From: Candidatus Peregrinibacteria bacterium UBA1369
GTDB lineage: Bacteria; Patescibacteriota; Gracilibacteria; UBA1369
Length of the DNA: 42,792 bases
Assembly (NCBI GenBank): GCA_002305925.1
Contig: DBRL01000017.1
Span: forward strand, 29,852 to 72,643
Direction: 5' to 3'
Shown: piece by piece, positions 18,383 through 28,357 of the stretch
How the letters are laid out: the number at the start of each line of letters is the position of its first letter
How positions within the stretch are numbered: position 1 is the stretch's first letter
Position numbers and translations under genes: made by a program
Notes under the pieces: model-generated
What the model was told of the DNA's origin: nothing
Databases searched by the model: none
What the model saw: only the letters and a program-made list of their open reading frames with translations

Positions 18383-19744
18383 ATGATCAAAGCTGATTTT
18401 GAATATTTGTCGAAAATTCCTGCTGCCCGCGGAATTGCAAAGTCTGAATGGAGGCGTGTTCTCGAACGTGCCGGGGGGCTGATATCCAATTTCAAAAAGC
18501 GGCCGCCCGACTATCTGCGCCTGCTTGATGACGGACGGACGTTGCGCGCTATCAAAGTCTATGCGCGCGAGGTAAAGGGAAAATTTGATGATGTTGTTGT
18601 TTTGGGCATTGGCGGATCGGCGCTGGGGGCGATTTGCCTGGATACCGCTTTGCGGCCGCTTTTTTCTGACCGGTCGGGTCATGGCGCTGGCGCTAGCTGG
18701 CCGCGACTGACCGTGCTGGACAATGTCGATCCTGCTTTGTTGGTCGATTTTGAGTCCAACATTGATTATCGGCGGGCGCTTTTTCTGGTGATCAGCAAAT
18801 CCGGTGCTACGCCCGAAACCGTGGCCCAGTTTCTTTATTTCCAAAAAAAGGTGGCTCGTCGGGTGCCTGACTGGCAAAAACATTTTGTTTTTGTAACCGA
18901 TCCCCATATCGGCTGGCTGCGCCGTTTGGCTGGTGAAATCTCGACGGAAAAAAGTTCTCTGGTCACTTTTGACCTGCCGGAGGGCGTGGGAGGAAGGTTT
19001 TCCGTGCTTTCGGCGGTGGGACTTTTGCCGGCAGCCCTGGTTGGCATATCCGTTGATCAGCTGCTCAGGGGGGCGAGAGTTGGCAGAAACCGTGTTTTTC
19101 GCGGGAATCCGGTGGCGAAGAATCCTGCCTTTGCCCTGGCCGCTGCTCAATATCTGCTGGCCAGGAAAGGTCGCAGTCAGCAGGTTTTTTATGTCTACTC
19201 GCAAAAATTGCGCTGGCTTTCCGACTGGTATCGGCAGCTGTTGGCTGAAAGTATCGGCAAAGAATTGAATCGACGGGGGCAGAAGGTCAACGCCGGTCTG
19301 ACGCCGCTTGGGGCGCTTGGCGTGACAGATCAGCATTCACAAAATCAGCTTTATCTGGAGGGTCCGGATGATAAAATCTATTTGCTTCTGGATGTGGCCA
19401 AGCCCAGGCGGGATTTGACGATACCATATAACGGACGCTGGAGCGGGTTGGAGCAGCCTGGTCAATTTGATTATCTTCGTGGCGTAACTTTTGGCGAGCT
19501 TTTTCAGGCCGAGCGGCGAGGTACCCTGGAGGCTCTGGTGACGCGGCAGCGTCCCGTGATCACCATGACAATGGACAGGCTTGATGCCGCGACGCTGGGC
19601 GAAATGCTGGTAATTCTTGAGGCCTCCGTTTCTTTTCTGGCCGAGTTGTTCGATCTGGACGCCTATGATCAGCCCGGTGTGGAATTGTCGAAAAAATTGA
19701 CGCGACAGATTTTAACTTCTGCCCGATGCTCAAAACTGATCTGA
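18383..19744 (+). CDS. pgi: Glucose-6-phosphate isomerase
   Basis: GIGGSALG, SKSG, VGGRFSVLS, QLLAESIGK, DQHS, DQPGVE. Confidence 0.95.
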   Translation: MIKADFEYLSKIPAARGIAKSEWRRVLERAGGLISNFKKRPPDYLRLLDDGRTLRAIKVYAREVKGKFDDVVVLGIGGSALGAICLDTALRPLFSDRSGHGAGASWPRLTVLDNVDPALLVDFESNIDYRRALFLVISKSGATPETVAQFLYFQKKVARRVPDWQKHFVFVTDPHIGWLRRLAGEISTEKSSLVTFDLPEGVGGRFSVLSAVGLLPAALVGISVDQLLRGARVGRNRVFRGNPVAKNPAFALAAAQYLLARKGRSQQVFYVYSQKLRWLSDWYRQLLAESIGKELNRRGQKVNAGLTPLGALGVTDQHSQNQLYLEGPDDKIYLLLDVAKPRRDLTIPYNGRWSGLEQPGQFDYLRGVTFGELFQAERRGTLEALVTRQRPVITMTMDRLDAATLGEMLVILEASVSFLAELFDLDAYDQPGVELSKKLTRQILTSARCSKLI

Positions 19745-21672
19745 AAAATTTCTCTTGGGGCAATCGTCTCAATCGCCATGAAATAGCTTTGTTAAAAGCT
19801 TTTAGCAAGGACTGCAGGAACATGATTCTGGAGATGCTGCGCTTGCCACAGAGTGGTCATCCCGGCGGTTCGCTTTCTTCAATCGATTTTTTGACCTTGC
19901 TCTACCTTGGCATTGTTGCCCCGCGCGGGGAGCGGGTGGTAATTTCCAACGGACATGTTTCGCCTGCGGTTTATAGTGTTTTGGCCGGTTTGGGTGTGGC
20001 CGATAGGGACGCTCTGCTGCGTGATTTTCGGCGGGCCGGTTCGCCATTTGAGGGACATGTGACCCGGAGGGTGGCGGGCGTGGAGTATGGTACGGGGCCG
20101 TTGGGGATTGGGGTGGGCGTGGCGGCAGGTATGGCCTGGGCCGAGAAACATCGGGCTCAGTCTGCCCGCAAGATTCCGCCCAAGGTATATGCTGTCATGG
20201 GCGATGGAGAGGCCCAGGAAGGAGAAGTTTACGAAATGTGCAATTTTGCCGCTGCCCGGCGGCTCGATAATCTTATCGTCATCTGTGACGACAATGGCAT
20301 TCAATTGAGCGGTGCGGTTCGAGAGATCATGCCAAATAATCTGGCCGGACATTTTAGCGCGGCCGGCTGGTTGGTGCTGGAGGTGAATGGTCATGATTTT
20401 CGTTCGCTCTGGCGGGTTTATGGAAGGGCGCGCCGTTCCATCGGCAAGCCCGTGTTGATTCTGGCCAAAACTGTCATGGGCAAGGGAGTGGATTTCATGG
20501 AGCGCGAGGCCAGGGCTGGCCGGTCTACCTGGCATGGGCAGGCGCCATCTCCGGAGCTGATCGATCGGGCTCTTGCTTCTATACGTCTATCTGCCGCCGA
20601 GGCAAAAATATTGGCTGTTTTCCGTAATTCCTTGCTGCTTCGCCGCGACAAAAAAGCCGCCCTGGTCCGTGCCGGTGTACAAAAAATTCTCAAGCCCGGC
20701 CGGGCCAGGCTATACGCTCCGGGTGAGGAGTTGGAGTGTCGCACGGCCTATGGCAACGCACTCCTTGACTTGGGAAAACACAACTCCAGTCTGGTTGTTC
20801 TGACCGCCGATTTGCGCGAATCCGTCAAAACCGCGGCCTTCGCCGAACATTACCCCTCGCGCCATCTCGAATCTGGGATTGCCGAGCAGTTGATGGTTTC
20901 TTTGGCCGGCGGCATCAGTCTCTGCGGCTATGTACCTTTCCCAACCACTTACGCTGTTTTTATGGGCGCGCGGGCGCGTGATCAGGCCAGGGTCAACGAT
21001 GTCAACTCTACCGGTGTCAAAATGGTCGGTACCCACGCCGGTTTATCGGTGGGCGAGGATGGTCCCACCCACCAGGCCATCGACGATTTTGGCGCCATGA
21101 TGGGCTTTTTCAACACACGTTTGCTGGAGCCGGCCGACCCGAATCAGGCCGATCGTCTGGTTCGCTATATGGCCAGTCACCGGGGGAATTTTTATCTGCG
21201 CATGGGGCGCCCAAAATTGCCGGTTTTGACCGATCTGCGTGGGCAACCTTTTTATGGTCGGGCTTATCGTTATCGCTATGGGCGTGCCGATTTGTTGCGT
21301 CGAGGCCGCGGGCTGTCCGTTTTCGCGATTGGCGGCACGGTTCATCAGGCTCTCCGGGCCTGGGAAGCGCTTTCCGCCCGCGGCAAGTCTTTTGACTTGA
21401 TTGCCGTTTCTTCACCCCGTGATTTTGATGCTACGGTACTGTCTGCACTACGTCGCAACGCCCTGGCCCTGACCATCGAAGATCATAATCCCGATTGTGG
21501 TTTGCAGTCCCAGCTTGCTCTGCTGATACAGAAAAAACAATTGCCGGTCAAACTGGTTGGCGGTTTGGGGGTGCGGTCTTATCAACAGTCCGGCAATTGG
21601 CGGCAATTGTATGCCAAAGCTGGTCTGGATCGGGACAATATTGTAAAATTTATAGATAAATTAATTAAATAA
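19726..21672 (+). CDS. tkt: Transketolase
   Basis: SGHPGGSLS, SNGH, GDGEAQEG...DDN (TPP), GIAEQ, GEDGPTHQ. Confidence 0.95.
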   Translation: MLKTDLKNFSWGNRLNRHEIALLKAFSKDCRNMILEMLRLPQSGHPGGSLSSIDFLTLLYLGIVAPRGERVVISNGHVSPAVYSVLAGLGVADRDALLRDFRRAGSPFEGHVTRRVAGVEYGTGPLGIGVGVAAGMAWAEKHRAQSARKIPPKVYAVMGDGEAQEGEVYEMCNFAAARRLDNLIVICDDNGIQLSGAVREIMPNNLAGHFSAAGWLVLEVNGHDFRSLWRVYGRARRSIGKPVLILAKTVMGKGVDFMEREARAGRSTWHGQAPSPELIDRALASIRLSAAEAKILAVFRNSLLLRRDKKAALVRAGVQKILKPGRARLYAPGEELECRTAYGNALLDLGKHNSSLVVLTADLRESVKTAAFAEHYPSRHLESGIAEQLMVSLAGGISLCGYVPFPTTYAVFMGARARDQARVNDVNSTGVKMVGTHAGLSVGEDGPTHQAIDDFGAMMGFFNTRLLEPADPNQADRLVRYMASHRGNFYLRMGRPKLPVLTDLRGQPFYGRAYRYRYGRADLLRRGRGLSVFAIGGTVHQALRAWEALSARGKSFDLIAVSSPRDFDATVLSALRRNALALTIEDHNPDCGLQSQLALLIQKKQLPVKLVGGLGVRSYQQSGNWRQLYAKAGLDRDNIVKFIDKLIK

Positions 21673-21684
21673 TTACTGAAATCA

Positions 21685-22518
21685 ATGGCTGGAATAGTTC
21701 GCGGAATCGTTAATCGCATCAAAGCCCGCAGGTTAAATTTAAAAAAAGAATTGAAAAGCAATCATTTTCGTATTGCCATTTTCGGTTCGGCCCGCATCGA
21801 GCCCGGTGACAAAATCTATGAGCAGGTTTATGATTTGGCCGAACGTATTGGCAGTCGCGGTTATGACGTGGTGACCGGTGGCGGTCCAGGTTTGATGGAG
21901 GCCGCCAATTCCGGTCATATGGTTGGTGACAAAAAAAATCGTGCTAATTCAATAGGGCTGGTTATTCATTTACCTTTTGAAAGTAAGGGAAACCGTCATT
22001 TGGAAATCCGCAGCCGCTTTATGCATTTTTCCAAAAGGCTCGACACTTTCCTTTCGCTTTCCCATGTGATGGTGGTAACTACCGGTGGTATCGGCTCGTT
22101 GCTTGAGCTGTACTATATGTGGCAGCATCTGCAGGTTCATCACGTTTCCTACAAGCCGATTATTCTGATCGGTAAAATGTGGCGCGATCTGATCGACTGG
22201 ATGAAAAAGGATGTCTTGCCCGGGAACCTGGTCAGTCCCCAGGATTTTGACTATATCTATATTGCCCGCGACAATGAGCAGGCCATGGCTATGATCGATA
22301 CTTTCCATCGATTATTTCGTCAGGAAGGACATTTGCGGCAAATTGCCTGTTATAAGGCAGTCTGTGCTATTCCCGGCAAAAATGATACTTTGGTCGAGGC
22401 TATGAAAGAGCTGAAGGCAAAAGTTCAGACAACTTCGAAAAAAACGTCCGTTCGGTCGAAAAAATCTTCTGTTCCTGCCAAGGGCAAAAATGCCCGGCGT
22501 TCAGCCGGTAAGCGTTAG
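21685..22518 (+). CDS. LOG family (Rossmann nucleotide-binding) protein with basic C-terminal tail
   Basis: IFGSAR, TGGGPGLMEAAN, GGIGSLLE. Confidence 0.9.
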   Translation: MAGIVRGIVNRIKARRLNLKKELKSNHFRIAIFGSARIEPGDKIYEQVYDLAERIGSRGYDVVTGGGPGLMEAANSGHMVGDKKNRANSIGLVIHLPFESKGNRHLEIRSRFMHFSKRLDTFLSLSHVMVVTTGGIGSLLELYYMWQHLQVHHVSYKPIILIGKMWRDLIDWMKKDVLPGNLVSPQDFDYIYIARDNEQAMAMIDTFHRLFRQEGHLRQIACYKAVCAIPGKNDTLVEAMKELKAKVQTTSKKTSVRSKKSSVPAKGKNARRSAGKR

Positions 22519-22538
22519 CCTTTGCTCAATGCCGTTTT

Positions 22539-23306
22539 TCAGACTTTGATTTTCAGGAAAATTGGGGCGTGGTCCGAGCCCGGGGTTTTGTCGTCGATAT
22601 CTGCTTCCAGTAGATTTTTTTTCAGTGAGGGGCTGGTGATGAAGTAATCAATTCTCCAGCCGATGTTTCTTTCGCGGGCCCGCGTTTTCATGTCCCACCA
22701 GGAGTAGCGTCCCGCTTCTTTGTGGAAATGCCGGAAGCTGTCGATATACCCTTTTTCGTCGATCAGATGATGCAGCCAGGCGCGTTCCACGTCCATGAAG
22801 CCCGAGGTGTTGCGGTTTTCTTTCGGCCGGGCCAGGTCGATTTCGTGGTGGGCCGTGTTGACGTCGCCGCAAAAGACGGTTGGTTTGGGCAGGGCTTCGA
22901 TCATCTGTTCAAAGCGTTTGTAGAAATCCAGTTTGTATTCGATTCTGTGCGTGCCCTGGCCTCCGTTGGGGAAATAGCCGTTGAAGAAGAAAAATTGGTC
23001 CAGTTCCAGACCGATCAGCCGGCCTTCGGCGTTGAGCACAGGGTCGTCGAATTCGGTCAGTACTTTTAGCGGTTTTATTCTGCTGTAGATCGCCACGCCG
23101 GAATAGCCTTTGCGTTCGCCGGATTTCCAGTAGCTCTCGTAGCCGTCGATGTGCAGCAGTTTTTCGCTGAGCTGTTCGGGGTGGCATTTCGTTTCCTGGA
23201 TGGCGATCAGGTCGGCCTGGCTGCCGCGGGCCCATTCGATGAAGCCTTTTTTCTCGGCGGCGCGCAGGCCGTTGACGTTCCAGCTGTAGAGGAGGAGTTG
23301 ATTCAT
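22539..23306 (-). CDS. xth: Exodeoxyribonuclease III
   Basis: SWNVNGLRA, QETK, GYSGVA, YFPNG, GDVNTAH, GWRIDY, GSDHAP. Confidence 0.97.
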   Translation of the reverse strand: MNQLLLYSWNVNGLRAAEKKGFIEWARGSQADLIAIQETKCHPEQLSEKLLHIDGYESYWKSGERKGYSGVAIYSRIKPLKVLTEFDDPVLNAEGRLIGLELDQFFFFNGYFPNGGQGTHRIEYKLDFYKRFEQMIEALPKPTVFCGDVNTAHHEIDLARPKENRNTSGFMDVERAWLHHLIDEKGYIDSFRHFHKEAGRYSWWDMKTRARERNIGWRIDYFITSPSLKKNLLEADIDDKTPGSDHAPIFLKIKV

Positions 23307-23315
23307 AGGCGCATT

Positions 23316-24572
23316 TTACCAGAAAAAGTCCTCAACGAAAATTGCCGAGCGGGGGACTTTCAGCTGGCGCAGGATTTTTTTGACCGAATTTTTCAGGGCT
23401 TCCGGGCCGCAAATGTAAAACAGTGCTCCGGCCGGGTCGGGGACGAAACGGCGGATGATTTTTTCGTCGATGTAGCCGGGCAGGCAGTCTTTTGGCAATT
23501 TGGCGGTGGCCTGTTTTTTGCCCTTCGGTGCTTTTGTTTCGCTTAATAGATATATTTTTTTGAACCAGGGGGCTTTGATGCTGTCCAGCTCTTCTTTAAA
23601 AATAATATCGTTAAAGGTGCGCGAGCCGTAGAGCAGGGTGATATCGCGGGCTGATGGCTGCCGGTTATGCAGGTTGTCGGCCGCTATCTGTTCCCGCAGC
23701 ATGCTTATAAACGGCGTTATGCCCACTCCGCCGGCGATGAAGACCAGCGGCTTTTTGCCGTCGCGCAGGTAAAATCGTCCAAAGGGGCCGTCGATCAGCA
23801 CTTTTTCGCCCTTTTTCAGTTTGCCGGCGCTGTCGGTGAAGCGGCCGGCGTTTTTGATGGTGAAACGCAGGTCCTGTTCTGCAGGTGCACTGGCGATGGT
23901 AAAGGGATGTCTGGCGTGCAGTGAATCTTTTGGCAGTCGCAGAAAGCAGAACTGTCCCGCCCGAAATTGCAGCGGCTCTTCTTGGCTGATGGTCAGGGTG
24001 AAGGTGTCGGCGGTTTCGCGCGTCAGACTTTTGACCAAAAATTTACCGCCGAACATTTGGCGAATTTTATATTGGGTCCGATAGATCGCCCCGCAGACCA
24101 CTGCTGCCAGTGCAATAATGTAAATGCCCTGCAGCCACCAGCTGCCGCTGTCCGAGCCCCATTGCCAGGCATGAATCAGGCTCAAGGCAAAGAGCAGATA
24201 AGTTACGACGTGAATGTATTGCCAGGCCAGATGGGAAATTCTTTTGTAAAGCAGGGAGGCCAGCATTACCAGTGCGAAAACGTAAAAGGCCACGATGCCC
24301 AGGGCCAGCGGCGGTACACTGAAATCCGGTATGGCAAAGGCCAGGAAGTTCTGCCGTGAGAGCATGAAAAAGACCGGGTGCAGCAGGACGAACAGAGCCG
24401 TCCAGAGCGAGAATTTCCGCTGGAATTTGATAATTCTGTCCAGGCCGAAAAAGCGGTCCCAGAATCTGGCCGTGTCACCGGAAAAGATCAGTAGTGACAG
24501 CGCCACGAAAGCAGCAATGCCCGACCATTGCCCGATTTCCCAAAAGAGTGCTGAAAGCTGTATCGTTTCCAT
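23316..24572 (-). CDS. Ferric reductase-like TM domain fused to an FAD/NAD(P)H ferredoxin-reductase domain
   Basis: Multiple TM helices with His residues, RHPFTIAS, DGPFG, IAGGVGITPF, YICGP, EDF. Confidence 0.9.
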   Translation of the reverse strand: METIQLSALFWEIGQWSGIAAFVALSLLIFSGDTARFWDRFFGLDRIIKFQRKFSLWTALFVLLHPVFFMLSRQNFLAFAIPDFSVPPLALGIVAFYVFALVMLASLLYKRISHLAWQYIHVVTYLLFALSLIHAWQWGSDSGSWWLQGIYIIALAAVVCGAIYRTQYKIRQMFGGKFLVKSLTRETADTFTLTISQEEPLQFRAGQFCFLRLPKDSLHARHPFTIASAPAEQDLRFTIKNAGRFTDSAGKLKKGEKVLIDGPFGRFYLRDGKKPLVFIAGGVGITPFISMLREQIAADNLHNRQPSARDITLLYGSRTFNDIIFKEELDSIKAPWFKKIYLLSETKAPKGKKQATAKLPKDCLPGYIDEKIIRRFVPDPAGALFYICGPEALKNSVKKILRQLKVPRSAIFVEDFFW

Positions 24573-24621
24573 TTTTTATTTCGGTTAGGGGCGCCGCTTA
24601 TTGCACTGTGCTATGGCAGCT

Positions 24622-25029
24622 TTATTGCAGGACGCCGATTTGATAGCCTGCCAGTATGTCCGTCTTGGAATTGCCGTGCTGCGCGGTGTAGGCCGCCTCG
24701 AATTCTGTTGTTTGTCCGCAGTATTGGTCCAGCGGGGATTTGTGTTTGGCCAGGAAGCCGGTGATGTCATAGACCTGGCTGTTGGCGGCGACCCAGCAGT
24801 CGGCGGGGGAGTTGTGGGCGGCGATTTCGGCGGCGTCGTAGGGGGTGGTGCTTTCCGGTGATGGGGCGGCTGGCGTGGTGGGTGTGGCAGGTGTTGTGCT
24901 GGCGGTGCTGGAGGCGGTAGAATCGCCGGTTGGTATTGTGGCGGGGGCTGTGGCCGGGGTGCAGGCGGCCAGAATGGCGGTGGTCAGGACGGCGCTAAGG
25001 GCTGTCAGGAGAAATTTTTTGCTGTGCAT
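24622..25029 (-). CDS. Cytochrome b5-like heme/steroid-binding lipoprotein
   Basis: Lipobox LAAC, Thr/Pro linker, HNSPADCWV...VYDITGFL..H...H. Confidence 0.85.
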   Translation of the reverse strand: MHSKKFLLTALSAVLTTAILAACTPATAPATIPTGDSTASSTASTTPATPTTPAAPSPESTTPYDAAEIAAHNSPADCWVAANSQVYDITGFLAKHKSPLDQYCGQTTEFEAAYTAQHGNSKTDILAGYQIGVLQ

Positions 25030-25041
25030 TTATCTGTGGGG

Positions 25042-28000
25042 TTAATTGTTATTTGGTGATGCATTGATGGTTAGTTCTCTCAGTTTGAAAATGCGGGCCA
25101 AAATTGTGGCGGTTTCGGCTCTGCTGATATTGTGATGGGGATGAAATAATTGTTCTCCTGCCTCGTTGGTGTAGCCGAAAACAAGGTTTTTTTCGCGACT
25201 AATTGAGACATAATTATAAAACCAGTCGTCTGAGGTCACGTCCTGGAAATAATCGCTGCCCTGGTATTCTTCTTCCAGCAGATGCTGGAGGTTGATCAGA
25301 ATCTTGGTTGCTTCCGCTCTGCTGATGGGTTGGTCGGGATAGAAGTTGCCGTCCTCATAGCCGCTGACAATTCCCGCTTTTTGAGCTGAATAAATATAGT
25401 TGTTGTACCAAAGATCCTTTTCCGGTGGCACGTCGGGAAACGGCTTCGTTGGCAGATATTCTGTTGTAAAAAGAGATACTTTCAGACAGTTGGAAAGCAT
25501 CGCCAGTTTCAAAAATTCTGCTCGCGAGATTTCCTGGTCGGGCCGATACAGTCTCAGATCGTCACTGCCCGGGTAGCCTTCGGCAATGATATTACTATAA
25601 CTGAGCGTACTGGCCAGCAGCAAAATGGCTTCTTCGGCGAAATGGCCCGTGATGTCTGAAAAGGGGTTTTCAACCATTTCTACTTTCAGGCAGGAGAGAG
25701 TTTGGTAGTCGGCAGGTTCTGCTGATTCCGGTGAAGTTGTTTCAGTCGTTGGCTGGTCGTTGCTGACCGGAGACACATAAAAACCGCCGCCCCCGCCGAT
25801 TGAAGGGGGGTATTGAATCGAAAAGTTGATGACGGAGCTAACGGGGCCGTTGCCCGCCAAATCTGTGATTATGGCTGTAACGCTTTGAACTGAGGGAATG
25901 GGGTAGGGGATTGCCGGGGTACAACTGACCGTGACGCTGCTGGCGGGCAGGGGAAGGCAGGTGAAGCCGGCAATATTGACCGAATCCCCGGCGACACTGG
26001 AGATGACTATGATTGGTGAGGTTTGGGCAGTAACAAATGGTGCCGTGAAATCGTCGCCCACCGAAATTGCCGTCGGAGGTCCGGGGGGGGTGGTGTCGAT
26101 GACAACTGTCAGGGCCGGTGAATGGCCGGATTCATTGCCGGCCGGGTCTTTTTCCGTGTAGGAGATGTTGTGCGTGCCATCAGCGAGGGGAACGGTAACT
26201 GTGGCCGGATTGGTGCCGATGATGGTGCAGGGAGCGCTGCCGATGGCGGTGTTGGGGGCTGGATTGTCGGTGTAGAGAGTGCTGGTGGAACCAATTTCAA
26301 TACATTGTACGTCCAGGGTGGGGAGGTTTTGGGCTGTGTAATTGTCGTTGTCGTAAATTCCGGTATCCGAGGCCGCCTGCAAATCGGGGGCTGTCAGAGA
26401 GGTTGCCGGGGGGATCAGGTCGCTGACCAGTGTGAGCGGGTGTGCGACGCTGGGACCGGCAAAAACCGATGATTCGAAAACGGAAAAATTGTAGGGGCCA
26501 TAGGCCAGCGGGGCGACCGGTGTCAAAGACCAGGTCAGATCGGCGGCGATTGTTGCAGTGCCGATAACGGTCAGGCCGTCCATAATGGTGATGATGTTTC
26601 CCGCCCGACTCCCGCTCCCGCTGAAGGCTGGGGTTTGATTGTTGTAAACAATTGAAGCCGCCGGGGGTGACAGTACGGTGGGGGCGGGCGGTGTGATCAT
26701 GGGATTAAACATGTGCAGGTAAAGCGTGCCGCGGTTGGAACCCCCCGCGTCGTTGGCGCCTGCCCCGGCACCGAAATCCGGCCAGCCATCACCGTCCATG
26801 TCGCCCAGAGCGAAGAGAGAAGTCCCATAAAGGTCACCGTTGCCGAGGTTGGGGCCGGTGATGGCGTTGGAGATTACTTTGCTGGTGGCTTTTACCGAGC
26901 CGTCACTGTTGAGCAGATGGATATAAAAAGCCCCGCGATCTGTTCCGCCACTGTCGTCCAGATAGGCTGCCACTCCCAGGTCTACTATGCCGTCTCCGTT
27001 CACGTCGCCCAATCCTATTGTTTGCGCACCATAGCGGTCGCCATCTGCCAGGGCCGGTCCGTTGGGCGTGAGACTGCTAATTTTTGTGGTTGATTTGACC
27101 GAACCGTTGGGGTTGAGAAAATGGATATAAACAGCCCCTCTCTGTGCGCCGCCGCTGTTGTCGGTTTCGGCGCCGACTGCAATGTCCATCACACCGTCCC
27201 CGTCCAGATCTCCCAGAGCAGAGACGCCCCGGCCATAACCGGAGTTGTTGGCCGGAATAACCGGACCGTTGGGAGTTAGACTGCTGATTTTGGTGGTCGA
27301 TTTGACGGTACCGTCACTGTTCATAAAACTGATGTAGACCGCGCCCCGGTTAGCCCCCCCACTGTCATCGCCGTTGGCGCCTGCCAGGATGTCTGTGACA
27401 CCGTCACCGTCCAGGTCGCCTATTGAAACTACGTTAATGCCATAGGTGTCTCTGTTGGCGAGGACGGGCCCGTTGACGGATAAACTGTTAATGGTTTTGC
27501 TGGCCTTGACTGACCCGTTACTGTTGAGAAAATGGATATGAATTCCGCCGCGGTTGAGACCTCCGGCGTCTGCAGACCATGTTCCTACCGCAATGTCAGT
27601 TACACCGTCGCCGTCCAGGTCGCCCAGTGAGGCTACCGAAACACCGTAAGCATCGCCGTCGGCAAGTACCGGCCCGTTGGTGGTGAGAGCGTTGATTGGC
27701 ACGGTGGATTTGACTGAACCATCCGCGTTCATAAAACTGATATGCACGGAGCCGCGATTGCTTCCTCCGACATCGTTGCCCCAGGCCCCGGCGGCTATGT
27801 CGATCACACCGTCGCCGTCCAGATCACCGATGGTTGTTGCTCCAAAAGCATAATAATCCTCGTTGTTGAGGAGGGGACCGTTAACGGTAAAGGTGTTGAT
27901 CTCGATCGTAGATTTGACCGGTTGCAGTGCGGCGAAGGCAGTGTTCGATGCCAGTAAGCCGACGGCCAACACTAATGTGAATATTGTTTTTCTTTTTTGC

Positions 28001-28053
28001 TGGATTGGAATCATGGCAATGCTTGTATAATAGTTGTGTTTGTTGCTACTCAT
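25042..28053 (-). CDS. Surface protein: signal peptide, six FG-GAP repeats, Ig-like domains, C-terminal SLH domains (start may be 28014)
   Basis: Six D(L/V/M)(D/N)GDG..D repeats, DPAGNES and DLAGN Ig motifs, three ISRAE SLH motifs. Confidence 0.88.
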   Translation of the reverse strand: MSSNKHNYYTSIAMIPIQQKRKTIFTLVLAVGLLASNTAFAALQPVKSTIEINTFTVNGPLLNNEDYYAFGATTIGDLDGDGVIDIAAGAWGNDVGGSNRGSVHISFMNADGSVKSTVPINALTTNGPVLADGDAYGVSVASLGDLDGDGVTDIAVGTWSADAGGLNRGGIHIHFLNSNGSVKASKTINSLSVNGPVLANRDTYGINVVSIGDLDGDGVTDILAGANGDDSGGANRGAVYISFMNSDGTVKSTTKISSLTPNGPVIPANNSGYGRGVSALGDLDGDGVMDIAVGAETDNSGGAQRGAVYIHFLNPNGSVKSTTKISSLTPNGPALADGDRYGAQTIGLGDVNGDGIVDLGVAAYLDDSGGTDRGAFYIHLLNSDGSVKATSKVISNAITGPNLGNGDLYGTSLFALGDMDGDGWPDFGAGAGANDAGGSNRGTLYLHMFNPMITPPAPTVLSPPAASIVYNNQTPAFSGSGSRAGNIITIMDGLTVIGTATIAADLTWSLTPVAPLAYGPYNFSVFESSVFAGPSVAHPLTLVSDLIPPATSLTAPDLQAASDTGIYDNDNYTAQNLPTLDVQCIEIGSTSTLYTDNPAPNTAIGSAPCTIIGTNPATVTVPLADGTHNISYTEKDPAGNESGHSPALTVVIDTTPPGPPTAISVGDDFTAPFVTAQTSPIIVISSVAGDSVNIAGFTCLPLPASSVTVSCTPAIPYPIPSVQSVTAIITDLAGNGPVSSVINFSIQYPPSIGGGGGFYVSPVSNDQPTTETTSPESAEPADYQTLSCLKVEMVENPFSDITGHFAEEAILLLASTLSYSNIIAEGYPGSDDLRLYRPDQEISRAEFLKLAMLSNCLKVSLFTTEYLPTKPFPDVPPEKDLWYNNYIYSAQKAGIVSGYEDGNFYPDQPISRAEATKILINLQHLLEEEYQGSDYFQDVTSDDWFYNYVSISREKNLVFGYTNEAGEQLFHPHHNISRAETATILARIFKLRELTINASPNNN

Positions 28054-28357
28054 TTTCCGAGCCGGCCGAACCTTTTTGCAGCCTTTTTTCGTATTTTTCG
28101 ACTACTTGTTCCAGGGCTTCTTCCAAATCAATCTCAAAACTGTTGGCGATGGTAATCAGCGAATACAGTACATCGCCCAGTTCGGCTTTCAACTCTGGTC
28201 TGTATTGTAGCGGTTCTCTGCCATAATTGCTCATCTTGAGAATTTCTTTCGCCACTTCGCCCAGTTCCGACATAGTGTCCAGGACGCGATGCTCCGGCGG
28301 TGATTCCAGATTGTTTTCTACACAAAAGCTCTTAATTTTGGCCTGAATTTTTTTCAT
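28046..28357 (-). CDS. MazG-like nucleotide pyrophosphohydrolase
   Basis: SELGEVAKE...ELGDVL. Confidence 0.88.
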   Translation of the reverse strand: MKKIQAKIKSFCVENNLESPPEHRVLDTMSELGEVAKEILKMSNYGREPLQYRPELKAELGDVLYSLITIANSFEIDLEEALEQVVEKYEKRLQKGSAGSENE

